Below, in pieces: positions 10,061-19,918 of a DNA stretch of 64,000 bases. Source of the DNA: an uncultured Acidobacteriota bacterium (GTDB lineage: Bacteria > Acidobacteriota > Thermoanaerobaculia > Gp7-AA8); NCBI GenBank assembly GCA_963741955.1, contig CAVUKB010000006.1, positions 256,001-320,000 of the forward strand, given 5' to 3'. Position 1 is the stretch's first letter, and every line of letters starts with the position of its first letter. The translations under genes were made by a program, and so were the position numbers. Under the pieces are notes generated by a model, which saw only the letters and a list, made by a program, of their open reading frames with translations, searched no databases and was not told the origin of the DNA.

Positions 10061-11464
10061 TTACGGAAAATAGCCTCTCGGGTACCGCAGCTGAACTCCC
10101 GGCAGACGGCAGTCGAGTCGTACCGGGTGCCACTGGTCCTTCCCGTTGTCTTCCGTGTAGAACGAGACGAGGTACTGCTGACTCAGCTCTGCCGCGATCC
10201 GGGCATAGACGCCCCCGAGCTCGCTCGGACTCCGAATGATGAAGTACGTGGCGCCGGTGTCGCGGGCCAGATTCGCGAACTGCTTCGCTTTCATCGTGAA
10301 GCCGAGCCCGAACCGCATCAGCCGCGAGAGCATCCGGTTCTTTACGATCGGGTAGATCGGGATGCCGCACGAGCGCGCGTAGTAGACCATGTGATCGAGG
10401 TTGAACTCGCCGCCCTGGTTCATGCCGTCGGTCAGGACCACCAGGGCCTTGCGCCCGGGCATCTTCTGAAGCTGGAACAGCATCTCGATCACCGCGTCGT
10501 AAAGATGCGTCTCCCCCATCGGCCGGAGCTTCTCGACCGCACGATCGACCGCCGCCGGATCCGACGTGAACGGCGTCAACCAGATGGTTCGCTCCCGGAA
10601 CGCGACGATCGCGATCCGGTCCTGCGGCCGGATCAACTGCCGCGCGAAACGCTTTGCGGCCTCTTTCACCACCGGAAGCTCCTCCAGCATGCTCTCGGAG
10701 CTGTCCATCAGCACGATCACATTCAGCGGCTGATCGCTGGCGGAGATCACTTCTTCGATCTTCCGGGGTGTTCCGTTGTCGATGAGGGTCAGGTCTGAAC
10801 CACTCAGTCGATGCGGGCTCTCCCCCATCACCGAGACCGGGAGGTGGTGGATGTTCACCTCGACGTTCTCGGACGGATGCCCACCCATGAATGCAACGTC
10901 GTTGGCCTCCAGCCCCCCGGCTCCGCGCGCAACTGCCCTGACGTAGGAAGCTCTCGGGAAGTGGCCGACGTCGAAGGCGACGTTGTACGGTGGAGTCGCA
11001 TCACTGCCGATCAACGTCTCGCCGAGGTAGAAGTCGACGGCCTGGACGGGAACGTTCGGAGGCGCGGTGACGGATGCGGAGATCTCGGCCATTCCTTCCG
11101 CCGGCTCCTCGGCCGGTGCGACCAGGCGAATCCGGAACGGCGGCTGCGGATCATTGAGGACGATCTCGTCTTCGCCGGCTTCCTTCCCCTCGGCATCGAA
11201 TCCGACCGCTCGGATGCGAAGACGCCTGATGTACTCGCCAACCTCGATCGGGAACACCATCGACCGGCCGCTCTTCTCGGCGTAGCGGACTCCGTTGATC
11301 GAGACGACGACCCTCGCCACCTGCGGCTGCGTGGAGACCGGAAGGACGAAATGGCCGTGGACGAGTCCCTGGGGAGCGAGTGTGATCTCCACCGGATTCT
11401 CCACGCTGAAAAGGGAGCAGGGGACGAGAAGGAGAAGGAGGGAGAGCGAGAGTCGGCGGAGCAT
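10061..11464 (-). CDS. Secreted Ig-like + VWA domain protein (acidobacterial VWFA type)
   Basis: MIDAS DSSESM, GETHLYDA, RKALVVLTDG; signal peptide. Confidence 0.85.
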   Translation of the reverse strand: MLRRLSLSLLLLLVPCSLFSVENPVEITLAPQGLVHGHFVLPVSTQPQVARVVVSINGVRYAEKSGRSMVFPIEVGEYIRRLRIRAVGFDAEGKEAGEDEIVLNDPQPPFRIRLVAPAEEPAEGMAEISASVTAPPNVPVQAVDFYLGETLIGSDATPPYNVAFDVGHFPRASYVRAVARGAGGLEANDVAFMGGHPSENVEVNIHHLPVSVMGESPHRLSGSDLTLIDNGTPRKIEEVISASDQPLNVIVLMDSSESMLEELPVVKEAAKRFARQLIRPQDRIAIVAFRERTIWLTPFTSDPAAVDRAVEKLRPMGETHLYDAVIEMLFQLQKMPGRKALVVLTDGMNQGGEFNLDHMVYYARSCGIPIYPIVKNRMLSRLMRFGLGFTMKAKQFANLARDTGATYFIIRSPSELGGVYARIAAELSQQYLVSFYTEDNGKDQWHPVRLDCRLPGVQLRYPRGYFP

Positions 11465-11547
11465 CAATGAGGAGAACCAGACGGCAGACGGCGCGATTTC
11501 GTCCAGGGTTCGCCTTGACTGCATCGATCCACCGGATCGATGATTCA

Positions 11548-12924
11548 ATGATGAGATCCCTCGTTCCGGCTCTCCTTCTGCTCTTTGCAACGACCGCGGC
11601 GGGACAGCAGTCCATTCAGCCCTCTCTTTCGATCTGGCCTGCTGCTCCCAGCACCAGGGACGCAGTGGCGGTCGATCTACGGGTCGCGCTGAGCGAGTGT
11701 GTCCCTCCAACACGTGACGTATCGATGGAGGGGACGGAGATCACGATCACCCTGCACAGTCGGGGCGGTCTCTGTCCGCCGCCGGCGGGAGGGCTGATCT
11801 ACGCAACCCATATCGCAGTCGGCCCGCTGAAGGCCGGGCATTATGGAGTTCGCGCGGTGATGGCTGGATCGGAACTGATCGTTCGCGAGTTCAACGTGGC
11901 GCCGGCGGCGGTGATCACCTCGATCGAACCGAGGAATGCAACGGTTGCGGGTGGAGCTCCAGTGACGATCAGGGGCATGAACCTTTATCAGGATCCCATC
12001 TGTGGGCCCTTTCCCGGGCCCTGCGCGACGACCACGGTCGCGTTCGGATCCACGGATGTGCCGGTGGTATCGCACTCGAGTGATGCGATCGTGGTCCAGG
12101 CGCCTCCGCACGCAGCGGGAGTGGTGGACCTGACCGTGTACCGCACCGACGGCCGGACCGCAACGGAGGAGCGCGGGTTTCTGTTCGGAGATCGTGCGCT
12201 CGAAAAATGGCTGATCCCCGTGAGCGTGCCGGACGTGGTCGACGGCGCACTCGGCTCTCGATGGGTGACTGAGCTCGAGCTCTCGAACCGAGCGTCGGTG
12301 CCCGCTCTATTCTTCGTCCCTTCGAGCTTTGACCTCGAACCATCTGGGCTCGGCCAGTACACGAATCTCTCCCCCGGCGAGATTTTCGCCACCCCGCCGA
12401 TGCCGAGGTTTCCCGGTGGCGGTGCGTTCGTGTACGTCGATCCGATTGCCGCGCGGTCGCTGGCGAGATCTCTGAGAGTGAGGGATCTCTCGGTCGATGC
12501 CCGTGCCTTCGCGGCGCCCGTGCCGATCGTGTCTGAGCGCGAGGGATTTATCGGCTCTCTGTTGTTTCTCGGCGTACCGACGGACCCGCAGTACCGGATC
12601 AACGTCCGCCTCTACGACTTCGCGGGCGAATTGGGTCACGACTTCTATGTCGAGACGAGGAGTGTATCCGGCCAGCGGCTGGGAATCTTTCACGGATTGA
12701 CCTCTCGAAACGACGCGGAGACCGATCCGCCGCGATGGCCCGGATACGGCGAAGTGGATGATCTCGCGTCCAGGCTTCCCGCCATCCGAAAAGAGAATCG
12801 AGTCGACGTTGTAGTCGGCTCGAGCCACATGCGGAGATGGTGGGCGATGTTGACGATCACGGACAATCGGACCCAGCAGGTGACGATCGTGACGCCGTCC
12901 GGAACCGACTTAGGGGCGAACTGA
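11548..12924 (+). CDS. Secreted IPT/TIG domain protein
   Basis: Signal peptide; ITSIEP...GGAPVTIRG.N...APPHAAGVVDLTV IPT/TIG pattern. Confidence 0.7.
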   Translation: MMRSLVPALLLLFATTAAGQQSIQPSLSIWPAAPSTRDAVAVDLRVALSECVPPTRDVSMEGTEITITLHSRGGLCPPPAGGLIYATHIAVGPLKAGHYGVRAVMAGSELIVREFNVAPAAVITSIEPRNATVAGGAPVTIRGMNLYQDPICGPFPGPCATTTVAFGSTDVPVVSHSSDAIVVQAPPHAAGVVDLTVYRTDGRTATEERGFLFGDRALEKWLIPVSVPDVVDGALGSRWVTELELSNRASVPALFFVPSSFDLEPSGLGQYTNLSPGEIFATPPMPRFPGGGAFVYVDPIAARSLARSLRVRDLSVDARAFAAPVPIVSEREGFIGSLLFLGVPTDPQYRINVRLYDFAGELGHDFYVETRSVSGQRLGIFHGLTSRNDAETDPPRWPGYGEVDDLASRLPAIRKENRVDVVVGSSHMRRWWAMLTITDNRTQQVTIVTPSGTDLGAN

Positions 12925-12947
12925 GGACCAGCGCGAACGAAAGCGTC

Positions 12948-13997
12948 TCACCGCACCTGCTCGAACGTGCAGCTCTTCGGCTTCTTGTCGGTTCTCCAGC
13001 GAAGGAATTTCGTGCCGTGCCGGAAGCGATCGCCGCTGAAGTAGTCGTACTGCACTTCGCAGACGAGCTTCGGCGCGACCGGTATGTATTGATTGTCGTC
13101 CCGCGACCAGCGGCTGCGTCCGGGCGCTTTTCCGTCGAATCCTCCCTTCCCCGAGATCGGTTCGAGAAGTGACTTCAGCTTCTTCTTCTCCGCGGCGTTG
13201 AAGCTCGAGCAGTGGCCGACGTGATGCAGCCGCCCCTCGGCGTCGTAAAGCCCGAGGATGATCGCGCCGACCTGCTTCCCGTCCGACGACAGCCGATACC
13301 CTCCGACCACGCAATCCGCTTCGCGGAGGTGCTTGACCTTCACCATCCCGCGGCGCTCTCCGGAGAGATACGGGAGATCGAGCTCCTTCGCCATCACTCC
13401 TTCGAGTCGGTAGCGGTCGCAGTTGTCGAACCAGTCGACTGCGACCTTCCGGTCCGTGGTGGCCGGTGACAGCTTGACCGGCGAGTCGTCGGCGATCCCG
13501 ACGAAAAAGCTTTCGAGCCGTTCTCTCCGATCACGAAGAGGAAGCTCATGCATCGAGTCGGCACTCTTCTTTTTCTTCCCGGGGGCGACGAGAAGGTCGA
13601 ACACGAAATACTGAGCGGGGGTCTCCTCGGCGAGCTTCCGGATACGCGACTCCGCCGGATGAAGCCGAAGCTGGAGCGAGTCGAACGAGAGGCGGTCGCC
13701 GACCGGAAGGACGATCTCACCGTCGAGGACGAACGGATCGGGCGCAAGCGCCCGAAACGCGTCGACGAGCTCGGGGAAATAGCGTCCGAGAGGCTGTCCG
13801 GACTTCGACTGGATCACGACCTCGTCGCCGCTGCGGAAGACGATTGCCCGGAACCCATCCCACTTCGGCTCGTATTGCCACTGATCGCCGGCGGGAACCT
13901 CCGTCGCCCGGGTCGCCTCCATGGGGGGAAAGGGAATCGGGAGAGGGAGCGAGAGTTTCGGGAACTCGCTCCCTCTTCTTTTCTGCACCGCTCTCAT
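12948..13997 (-). CDS. ligC: ATP-dependent DNA ligase, LigC type
   Basis: YEPKWDGFR (motif I), LDGEIV, FDLL, EGVMAK, FRHG..F.RWR.DK; exact start uncertain. Confidence 0.85.
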   Translation of the reverse strand: MRAVQKRRGSEFPKLSLPLPIPFPPMEATRATEVPAGDQWQYEPKWDGFRAIVFRSGDEVVIQSKSGQPLGRYFPELVDAFRALAPDPFVLDGEIVLPVGDRLSFDSLQLRLHPAESRIRKLAEETPAQYFVFDLLVAPGKKKKSADSMHELPLRDRRERLESFFVGIADDSPVKLSPATTDRKVAVDWFDNCDRYRLEGVMAKELDLPYLSGERRGMVKVKHLREADCVVGGYRLSSDGKQVGAIILGLYDAEGRLHHVGHCSSFNAAEKKKLKSLLEPISGKGGFDGKAPGRSRWSRDDNQYIPVAPKLVCEVQYDYFSGDRFRHGTKFLRWRTDKKPKSCTFEQVR

Positions 13998-14229
13998 GCC
14001 CCAGGCACACTGCGAGGGGAATGCCGGAGCGTGGTGAAGTGATGGGACCTCACTCGTGCGACCCGATGTCGCGAGCTTCAGAGAGCGCGACTCGTTCGCT
14101 GACCGCGTCGCGTTCGAAAGATCGTCGCGATGCGTCCTGGGCTTTGAGCATTTCGAAGCGGACTGGACCTCGAGAGTAGAATGACGAGCCCAGAGGAAAC
14201 CGGAGTCTGGTTTCGGAGCAGGAGGGACC

Positions 14230-15186
14230 ATGCACGTCGTCATCCCGGACGATTATCAGGACGCGGTGAGGAGCCTCGCGTGTTTTGCGAAGCTCGCACC
14301 CCACCGGGTCACGATATTCAACGACTCGGTCAGCGCCGCGGCGGACCTCGCCGGCCGTTTCGCCGAAGCCGATGCGCTGATCCTCATCCGTGAGAGGACC
14401 TGCGTCACTGCAGATCTCCTTTCGAGACTGCCCCGGCTGAGACTGATCAGTCAGACGGGTCGAGGGACCTCACACATCGACGTGGAGGAATGCACGCGAC
14501 GCGGCATCACGGTGTGTGCCGGCACGGGTTCTCCGTGGGCTCCGGCCGAGCTCACCTGGGCTCTGGTTCTCGCAGCCTCGCGTGGAGTGGCGCGCGAAGC
14601 GGACGCGCTGCACCAGGGACAATGGCAGACATCGCTCGGACGGACCGTCCGGGGACGGACGCTAGGAATCTGGGGATACGGAAAGATCGGAAGTCTCGTC
14701 GCGAGTTTCGGTCGTGCCTTCGGAATGGACGTTCTCGCCTGGGGACGCGAAGGATCGAGAACGCGGAGTCTGGCCGACGGCTGCCGCTTCGCCGCGTCGC
14801 GCGAGGAGCTTTTCGACTCGTCGGACGTCCTGTCGCTTCACGCGCGGCTCACACCCGAGACGCGCGGCATCGTGACCTCCGACGATCTCTCGCGGATGAA
14901 AGCCGACGCGCTTCTGGTGAACACGGCTCGGGCGGAACTGATCGAGCCGGGAGCGCTGGTCCGTGCTCTCCGCGCGGGACGTCCGGGATTCGCCGCGCTC
15001 GACGTGTACGACGAAGAGCCTCTGCCCGACCGCAATCCTCTCCTGAAAATGAAGAACGTCCTCTGCACGCCGCATCTCGGCTACGTCGAGCGTGACAGCT
15101 ACGAGCTCTACTTCGGGCAGGCGTTCGACCAGGTACTCGCATTCGCGGCAGGAGAACCGATCAACGTGGTGAATCCTGCCAGATGA
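14230..15186 (+). CDS. D-2-hydroxyacid dehydrogenase family protein
   Basis: GYGKIG Rossmann motif, LVNTAR, DVYDEEP, TPHLG. Confidence 0.9.
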   Translation: MHVVIPDDYQDAVRSLACFAKLAPHRVTIFNDSVSAAADLAGRFAEADALILIRERTCVTADLLSRLPRLRLISQTGRGTSHIDVEECTRRGITVCAGTGSPWAPAELTWALVLAASRGVAREADALHQGQWQTSLGRTVRGRTLGIWGYGKIGSLVASFGRAFGMDVLAWGREGSRTRSLADGCRFAASREELFDSSDVLSLHARLTPETRGIVTSDDLSRMKADALLVNTARAELIEPGALVRALRAGRPGFAALDVYDEEPLPDRNPLLKMKNVLCTPHLGYVERDSYELYFGQAFDQVLAFAAGEPINVVNPAR

Positions 15187-15187
15187 A

Positions 15188-15333
15188 CCGGGAGTCTGCG
15201 TGGTAGCCCGGATCATTCACGGGATTTCGTCGCGAGGAGTGCAAGGCGGGCCTGGATGCACGCGAGACTCGGGATGGATCTGAACCGCTGATCCACCTTC
15301 GCTGGAGGACTGCTTCTACCACGCAGGCCCTGA
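15188..15333. repeat. Degenerate composite palindromic element (family B arms with a family C/A-like insert)
   Basis: GGAGTCTGCGTGGTAG...CTACCACGCAG arms match 41266-41430; CCCGGATCATTCACGGGATTTC follows the TAG. Confidence 0.6.
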
Positions 15334-15427
15334 GGGTCAGATCTTCAGTTACGAGAAGCGGCGCGCCGGGCCGATTCGGGTCGACTCGATTCTGCCCGCC
15401 GGACCTCGATTCGAAACAGCCCGGAGA

Positions 15428-15922
15428 TCACGGCGTGCCGGAGTCGTCCGCCTTCGGCTTCAATGTCCGGATATACTGCACGAGCTCACCGATCTCACGC
15501 TGGCTCAACGTCGGACTCCATGGAGGCATCTCGGCGGAGAGTCCCGCCGCGCCTCCTCCCGTCGAGATCACCGCGACGAGATCATCGTCGGTATGGGAGC
15601 TCTGAAAGGAAGGATCCCCAAGGTCCTGAGGTTTCGGATCGAGGTTGTAAGAATTGAATCCATCTCCATGACCTTCGGTTCCATGGCAGACCTCGCAGTA
15701 ATGCCCGAAGAGCACGTGCCCTTCACGGGTGCGGTACGGAAGGTCCGGCTGCGGCAGCGGGGACCGGGCCGCCATGCCGGCGCTCGGCTCGACCGCGCTC
15801 GTGGTCTCTCTGGAACATCCCATGACTGCAAGAAGACCGAGCGCGATCGTGATGACGACGGTGATGACGATCCCGCGATCTCCACGCGGGAAGGACGAAG
15901 CGAGTCCCATGCAGTGTTTCAC
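15428..15922 (-). CDS. Monoheme class I cytochrome c, probable lipoprotein
   Basis: CEVCH, distal MPPW, lipobox-like AVMGC; GTG start overlaps the upstream stop. Confidence 0.85.
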   Translation of the reverse strand: MKHCMGLASSFPRGDRGIVITVVITIALGLLAVMGCSRETTSAVEPSAGMAARSPLPQPDLPYRTREGHVLFGHYCEVCHGTEGHGDGFNSYNLDPKPQDLGDPSFQSSHTDDDLVAVISTGGGAAGLSAEMPPWSPTLSQREIGELVQYIRTLKPKADDSGTP

Positions 15923-17943
15923 GGCTGACCTCCCGTGGCGGTTCCTGCCGCAGGGGGCTTCGCGGAGAGCAGGTAGGCGGCGAGGTCCGTGGCATCGGCA
16001 TCGCTCAGCTTGAAGTTCGGACATCTCACGTCAGCCCTCCACCGCTGCGGTCCGCCGAGCCACCACGCAATCCATCCGGATTTCAGTTTCTGTGGTGCGT
16101 CATCGAGTGGCGGCCCCACGTATCCACCCCGCCCTTCCACCTGGTGACAGCTCTGGCAGGCGTAACGTTCGAAGAAGAGCTTCCGTCCGCGAGCTGCTTC
16201 GTCCGCCGGTACGCCACCCGGAAAGATCTCGCCCGGGATGTCATTGCGGACGAAGACGTTCTCGATGAAACTGGCGATGAACTGCGCTTCCTCGGGCGGC
16301 ATCTTCAACGGAATCATCCGATCGGTGAGAATCGGGCGGATCGTGGTCGGCAGCAGAAGATATTGCTCGAGCCATTTCCGCTGGACCTTGCTCCCTTCCC
16401 AGGTCAATGGTGCCGTCGAAATGTCCCCTCCGACTCCCTCGATCTGGTGACACGACATACAGCGATAGCGGTCGAGGAGTTGCCCGAACCTTCCTGGAGG
16501 TACGTAATGGCTCTTCGTCGCTTCGACGCGGAGCGGTTCGGGGATCGAGCTGCCGGAGTAGGAGAGGAGCGCCGTCACCAGCGTCTCAACCTGATGCCCA
16601 TCGAACCCGAACTCGGGCATCTTCAGCCCGTGGCGGAACGAGCGCGGCTTCGACACCTTCGCCGCGAGCCACTCCGGAAGACCACGGGGGATATCGGTCC
16701 GATCGCCGAAATCGAGCCGGTCGGTCGGCTTGGCGCCGATGCCGGTCAGGTCGGGTCCGATCTTTCCGTTCTCGTATTTCCCCCCGATCGCGTGGCATCC
16801 GCCACATCCGTACTTGCGGAACAGCGACTCTCCATCATTCACGAGACTCAGAGGCGGCCGGAACGAGGCCGCGCTTCGAGTCGGAACAGTCGTGTCCGTG
16901 AGGTCGTCCATCATGTATTGAGTCAGGTCGATCAGATCCTGGCGGCTGAAATCGTACTGAGGCATGGCGGTCGCAGGCTGAAACGCGTGCGGGTCTGCGA
17001 TGAACGCTGCGAGCCAGGAGCGGTCGACCTTCGAGCCGATGGCTCCGAGTTCCGGCGCACTTCCGTTTCCGCGGCCTCCAATCGTGTGGCAGGAGATGCA
17101 GCGCGACTCACGGAAGAGTGCCTTGCCGTGATCGAAGTCGCCTGGGGGGAGGTTCCGGTACTCGTCGGGAATGGCTTCCTTCGCCGGACGGGTCCAGAGA
17201 TACGCCACCAGAGATTCGATCTCGTTCTTCTGCAGGTGAAAGTTCGGCATCAGCGTCTGCGGCCGCAGCGCTCTCGGATTTGCGAGCCACGCACTCAGCC
17301 ACTCCGGAAAGGTCTGATCCGCCAGACCGTCGAGGTCGGGAGCGGCGCTCTTCCACACGTCATGTCCCTTCAGGTCGTGACATGCGAAACAGCCAGCCCG
17401 CCGCATCAGCGCGCGTCCCTCGGAGAGCATGGATGCCTGGGGAACGCGGTCACCTTCGTGGCAGGTCCCACAGGAAGCTTCCGTATAGCGGATCGGAAGG
17501 ATCGGAGACGACCAGTCCGAAACGCTGCCGTGCGCTTCCGCGACGGTCGTCGCCCGCCCCTGTCCGCGGTGGCATGCGACGCAACCAAAACGCGACTGAT
17601 CGTCCGGCATGTGTGGAACCGCGGGATGGCTCCGGAACGGCTGAGGAGCGCCGGCCATAGAAGCTTCGTCAACCCCCAGATGACAGCTGGTGCAGCGGTC
17701 GACCCGATTCCCGAAATCCGGAATCCAGATCTGCCGGACGTGAACGGTCTCGCTCCTCGCCTTCTTCAACTCCTTCTGCGAGCCTGCCGATGCGAGGAGC
17801 CGCTGCTGATAAGCCTTCTGATAATGCCGGTACTCACTGAAAGCGTCTTTGATCGGCGAGATCGCGAGTACGAGCAGAAACGCGACGCTCGAGATCGCGA
17901 ACCAGATCCAGAGTCGATCGGATGAATGGTCGGTTCGAGGCAT
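15919..17943 (-). CDS. Membrane-anchored octaheme cytochrome c of a Rieske/cyt b complex
   Basis: Eight CxxCH (CTSCH, CVACH, CGTCH, CFACH, CISCH, CGGCH, CMSCH, CQSCH); N-terminal TM; ATG 17943 coupled to the upstream stop. Confidence 0.9.
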   Translation of the reverse strand: MPRTDHSSDRLWIWFAISSVAFLLVLAISPIKDAFSEYRHYQKAYQQRLLASAGSQKELKKARSETVHVRQIWIPDFGNRVDRCTSCHLGVDEASMAGAPQPFRSHPAVPHMPDDQSRFGCVACHRGQGRATTVAEAHGSVSDWSSPILPIRYTEASCGTCHEGDRVPQASMLSEGRALMRRAGCFACHDLKGHDVWKSAAPDLDGLADQTFPEWLSAWLANPRALRPQTLMPNFHLQKNEIESLVAYLWTRPAKEAIPDEYRNLPPGDFDHGKALFRESRCISCHTIGGRGNGSAPELGAIGSKVDRSWLAAFIADPHAFQPATAMPQYDFSRQDLIDLTQYMMDDLTDTTVPTRSAASFRPPLSLVNDGESLFRKYGCGGCHAIGGKYENGKIGPDLTGIGAKPTDRLDFGDRTDIPRGLPEWLAAKVSKPRSFRHGLKMPEFGFDGHQVETLVTALLSYSGSSIPEPLRVEATKSHYVPPGRFGQLLDRYRCMSCHQIEGVGGDISTAPLTWEGSKVQRKWLEQYLLLPTTIRPILTDRMIPLKMPPEEAQFIASFIENVFVRNDIPGEIFPGGVPADEAARGRKLFFERYACQSCHQVEGRGGYVGPPLDDAPQKLKSGWIAWWLGGPQRWRADVRCPNFKLSDADATDLAAYLLSAKPPAAGTATGGQP

Positions 17944-18638
17944 CAATAGACTCCTTGCCACGGCCACACCCAGCTCCAGCCCGGGCCACGGAAAAGGACA
18001 CCAATCAGTGTCAGGACCACCGCGACCACTACGAACCAGGTCATGATCCAGTCCGCCAGAGGAATGTGGCCGAGAACGCTCCGTACTCTCGAGGGGAGCG
18101 TGGGAATCGCGGGGAGCAGCATGAGGAGATATATCGCGACGGTGGGAACCACCACCGGCCATACCTGTTTGAGCGCGAGAACCGCGACGAGGGCGGCCGT
18201 CACGATCGAAATCAGCACCAGAGGCATTTTCCATGGGCGCTCGTAGAGCCCGATCAGATCCACGTTCACCCGGAAGAACGGGATGATGACGAGAGCGAAC
18301 ACCACGCAGGTCGGAATGAGAATTCCAGCGACGATCGGCGGGAAGTAGTGGAGCAGCTCCTGCAGTCCGAGAAAGTACCACGCCGCCTTGGCGGGGTTGG
18401 GGGTGTGGTACGGATCGGCGATCCCTTCGAGCGGAGCGTTCACCAGAAGAGAGATGATCGCCAGTGCGATGACGATGACCTCGATGAGAATGATCTCGCG
18501 CAGCAGCAGATGCGGGGCCGTCGTCACCACTTCGTCGCGGTCCTCGAGAAGCCTCGCGGGAACTTCGCGCCGCACCAGGGCAACCCTCTTCGGCGTCCTG
18601 GCGGCGTTGCTCGACGATTCGATCTCGAGCTTGCTCAT
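17943..18638 (-). CDS. Cytochrome b C-terminal subunit (subunit IV / PetD-QcrC-like)
   Basis: [18 protein letters not shown] (PEWY-equivalent), multiple TM helices, FRGPGW tail. Confidence 0.85.
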   Translation of the reverse strand: MSKLEIESSSNAARTPKRVALVRREVPARLLEDRDEVVTTAPHLLLREIILIEVIVIALAIISLLVNAPLEGIADPYHTPNPAKAAWYFLGLQELLHYFPPIVAGILIPTCVVFALVIIPFFRVNVDLIGLYERPWKMPLVLISIVTAALVAVLALKQVWPVVVPTVAIYLLMLLPAIPTLPSRVRSVLGHIPLADWIMTWFVVVAVVLTLIGVLFRGPGWSWVWPWQGVY

Positions 18639-19384
18639 TGTGCCTCCTCCGCGATCCGATGCTTTCTTCCGCTGGACCCGGCCACCCCACCATCCTTGCG
18701 AACTCTCCAGAGATGAACCGCCAGTGCTCCGAACAGCGCGATCGGAAGGAGTACACAATGGAGTACGTAGAAACGGAGCAGCGCATTCGGTCCTACGATG
18801 TTTCCACCGAGAAGCACGAAACGGAGTTTCGGCCCGAGCAGCGGCATCGCGTTCGCCATGTTCGTTCCCACCGAGACGCCCCAGAACGCGAGCTGATCCC
18901 AGGGGAGAAGATAGCCGGTGTAGCTCAGCAGGAGAGTGAGGAGAAACAGAATCACCCCGACCATCCAGTTCAGCTCACGAGGTGGACGGAACGCGCGGTG
19001 ATAGAACGTCCGCAGAAGATGGAGAAAGACGACCAGCACCAGCCCGTGGGCCGCCCACCGATGCATGTTGCGGAGAAAAACGCCGTTCCCGACGACGAAC
19101 CGGAGCTCCTTCATGTCGTCATACGCCTGCGGGACGGAGGGATGGTAGTAGAGCATCAGCAGGATCCCGGTGCCGACCAGGACACCGAGAAGGACCAGCG
19201 CCGTCCCTCCGAGATAGTAGGTGCTCGAGAACTCGAGATTACGACGCCGTGTTTTCGCCGAATGGAGATGCAGGAAGACGTTCTCCATCACCAGCTGCAC
19301 GCGGTTCCGGTTCGTCGGCTCGACGCCGTGCCGCACGGCCGCGCGCCACAAACGGCTGCGTATGATCGAATCGAGAATACTCAT
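18635..19384 (-). CDS. Cytochrome b6-type N-terminal subunit (PetB/QcrB-like)
   Basis: Four heme His (MHRW...FLH; LHCV...AVH), [16 protein letters not shown]. Confidence 0.92.
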   Translation of the reverse strand: MSILDSIIRSRLWRAAVRHGVEPTNRNRVQLVMENVFLHLHSAKTRRRNLEFSSTYYLGGTALVLLGVLVGTGILLMLYYHPSVPQAYDDMKELRFVVGNGVFLRNMHRWAAHGLVLVVFLHLLRTFYHRAFRPPRELNWMVGVILFLLTLLLSYTGYLLPWDQLAFWGVSVGTNMANAMPLLGPKLRFVLLGGNIVGPNALLRFYVLHCVLLPIALFGALAVHLWRVRKDGGVAGSSGRKHRIAEEAQ

Positions 19385-19393
19385 CGTCTCTCC

Positions 19394-19918
19394 TCAAAGC
19401 TTGACGACCGTCCCTTCGGGAACTTCGACGCCGGTATCGACCTCGATGTCTCCTTTGGAATCGAGATCGATCTGAAACCACGGCAGGGGTCGTGGTGCGG
19501 GCCCTCCGATCACGTCCCCGTCGAGCGAATAGCGACTGCCGTGACAGGGGCAGGCGATGACGTTTTCGTCGACCTTGTATCGGGTGATGCAGCCGAGATG
19601 AGTGCAGACGGAGGAAAGGGCGTGAAAACCTTCCTTCTGCCGGATCACGTAGGCCCGGTACACTTCGTTCGTCACCACTGCGCCGACATCGATTGCGTCG
19701 GGTGGACCGAGGGTGAACTCCGTCGGCGGCTCGAAGAGGACGCGGGGTTTGAGGAAGTCGACGGAGAGTGCCGCCGCACCTCCTGCAGCAGCCGCACACG
19801 CAGCAACGCCGGTCACCTGAAAGAATCGCCGTCTCGACAGATGGATCTTCCTGATTCGCGCTTCATCCCGTTCTTCCGGATCATGTTCGCCTGGGCGCTT
19901 GCTGGTCGGGTCAGGCAC
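19394..19918 (-). CDS. Rieske [2Fe-2S] subunit
   Basis: CTHLGC and CPCHGSRY boxes; Tat motif SRRRFF. Confidence 0.93.
   Translation of the reverse strand: MPDPTSKRPGEHDPEERDEARIRKIHLSRRRFFQVTGVAACAAAAGGAAALSVDFLKPRVLFEPPTEFTLGPPDAIDVGAVVTNEVYRAYVIRQKEGFHALSSVCTHLGCITRYKVDENVIACPCHGSRYSLDGDVIGGPAPRPLPWFQIDLDSKGDIEVDTGVEVPEGTVVKL

Noticed and set aside
17944-18786. N-terminal ~280 aa of the 955-aa ORF 15919..18786
   Set aside because: It is an alternative-frame read-through over the subunit IV gene; the real start is ATG 17943, coupled to the upstream stop
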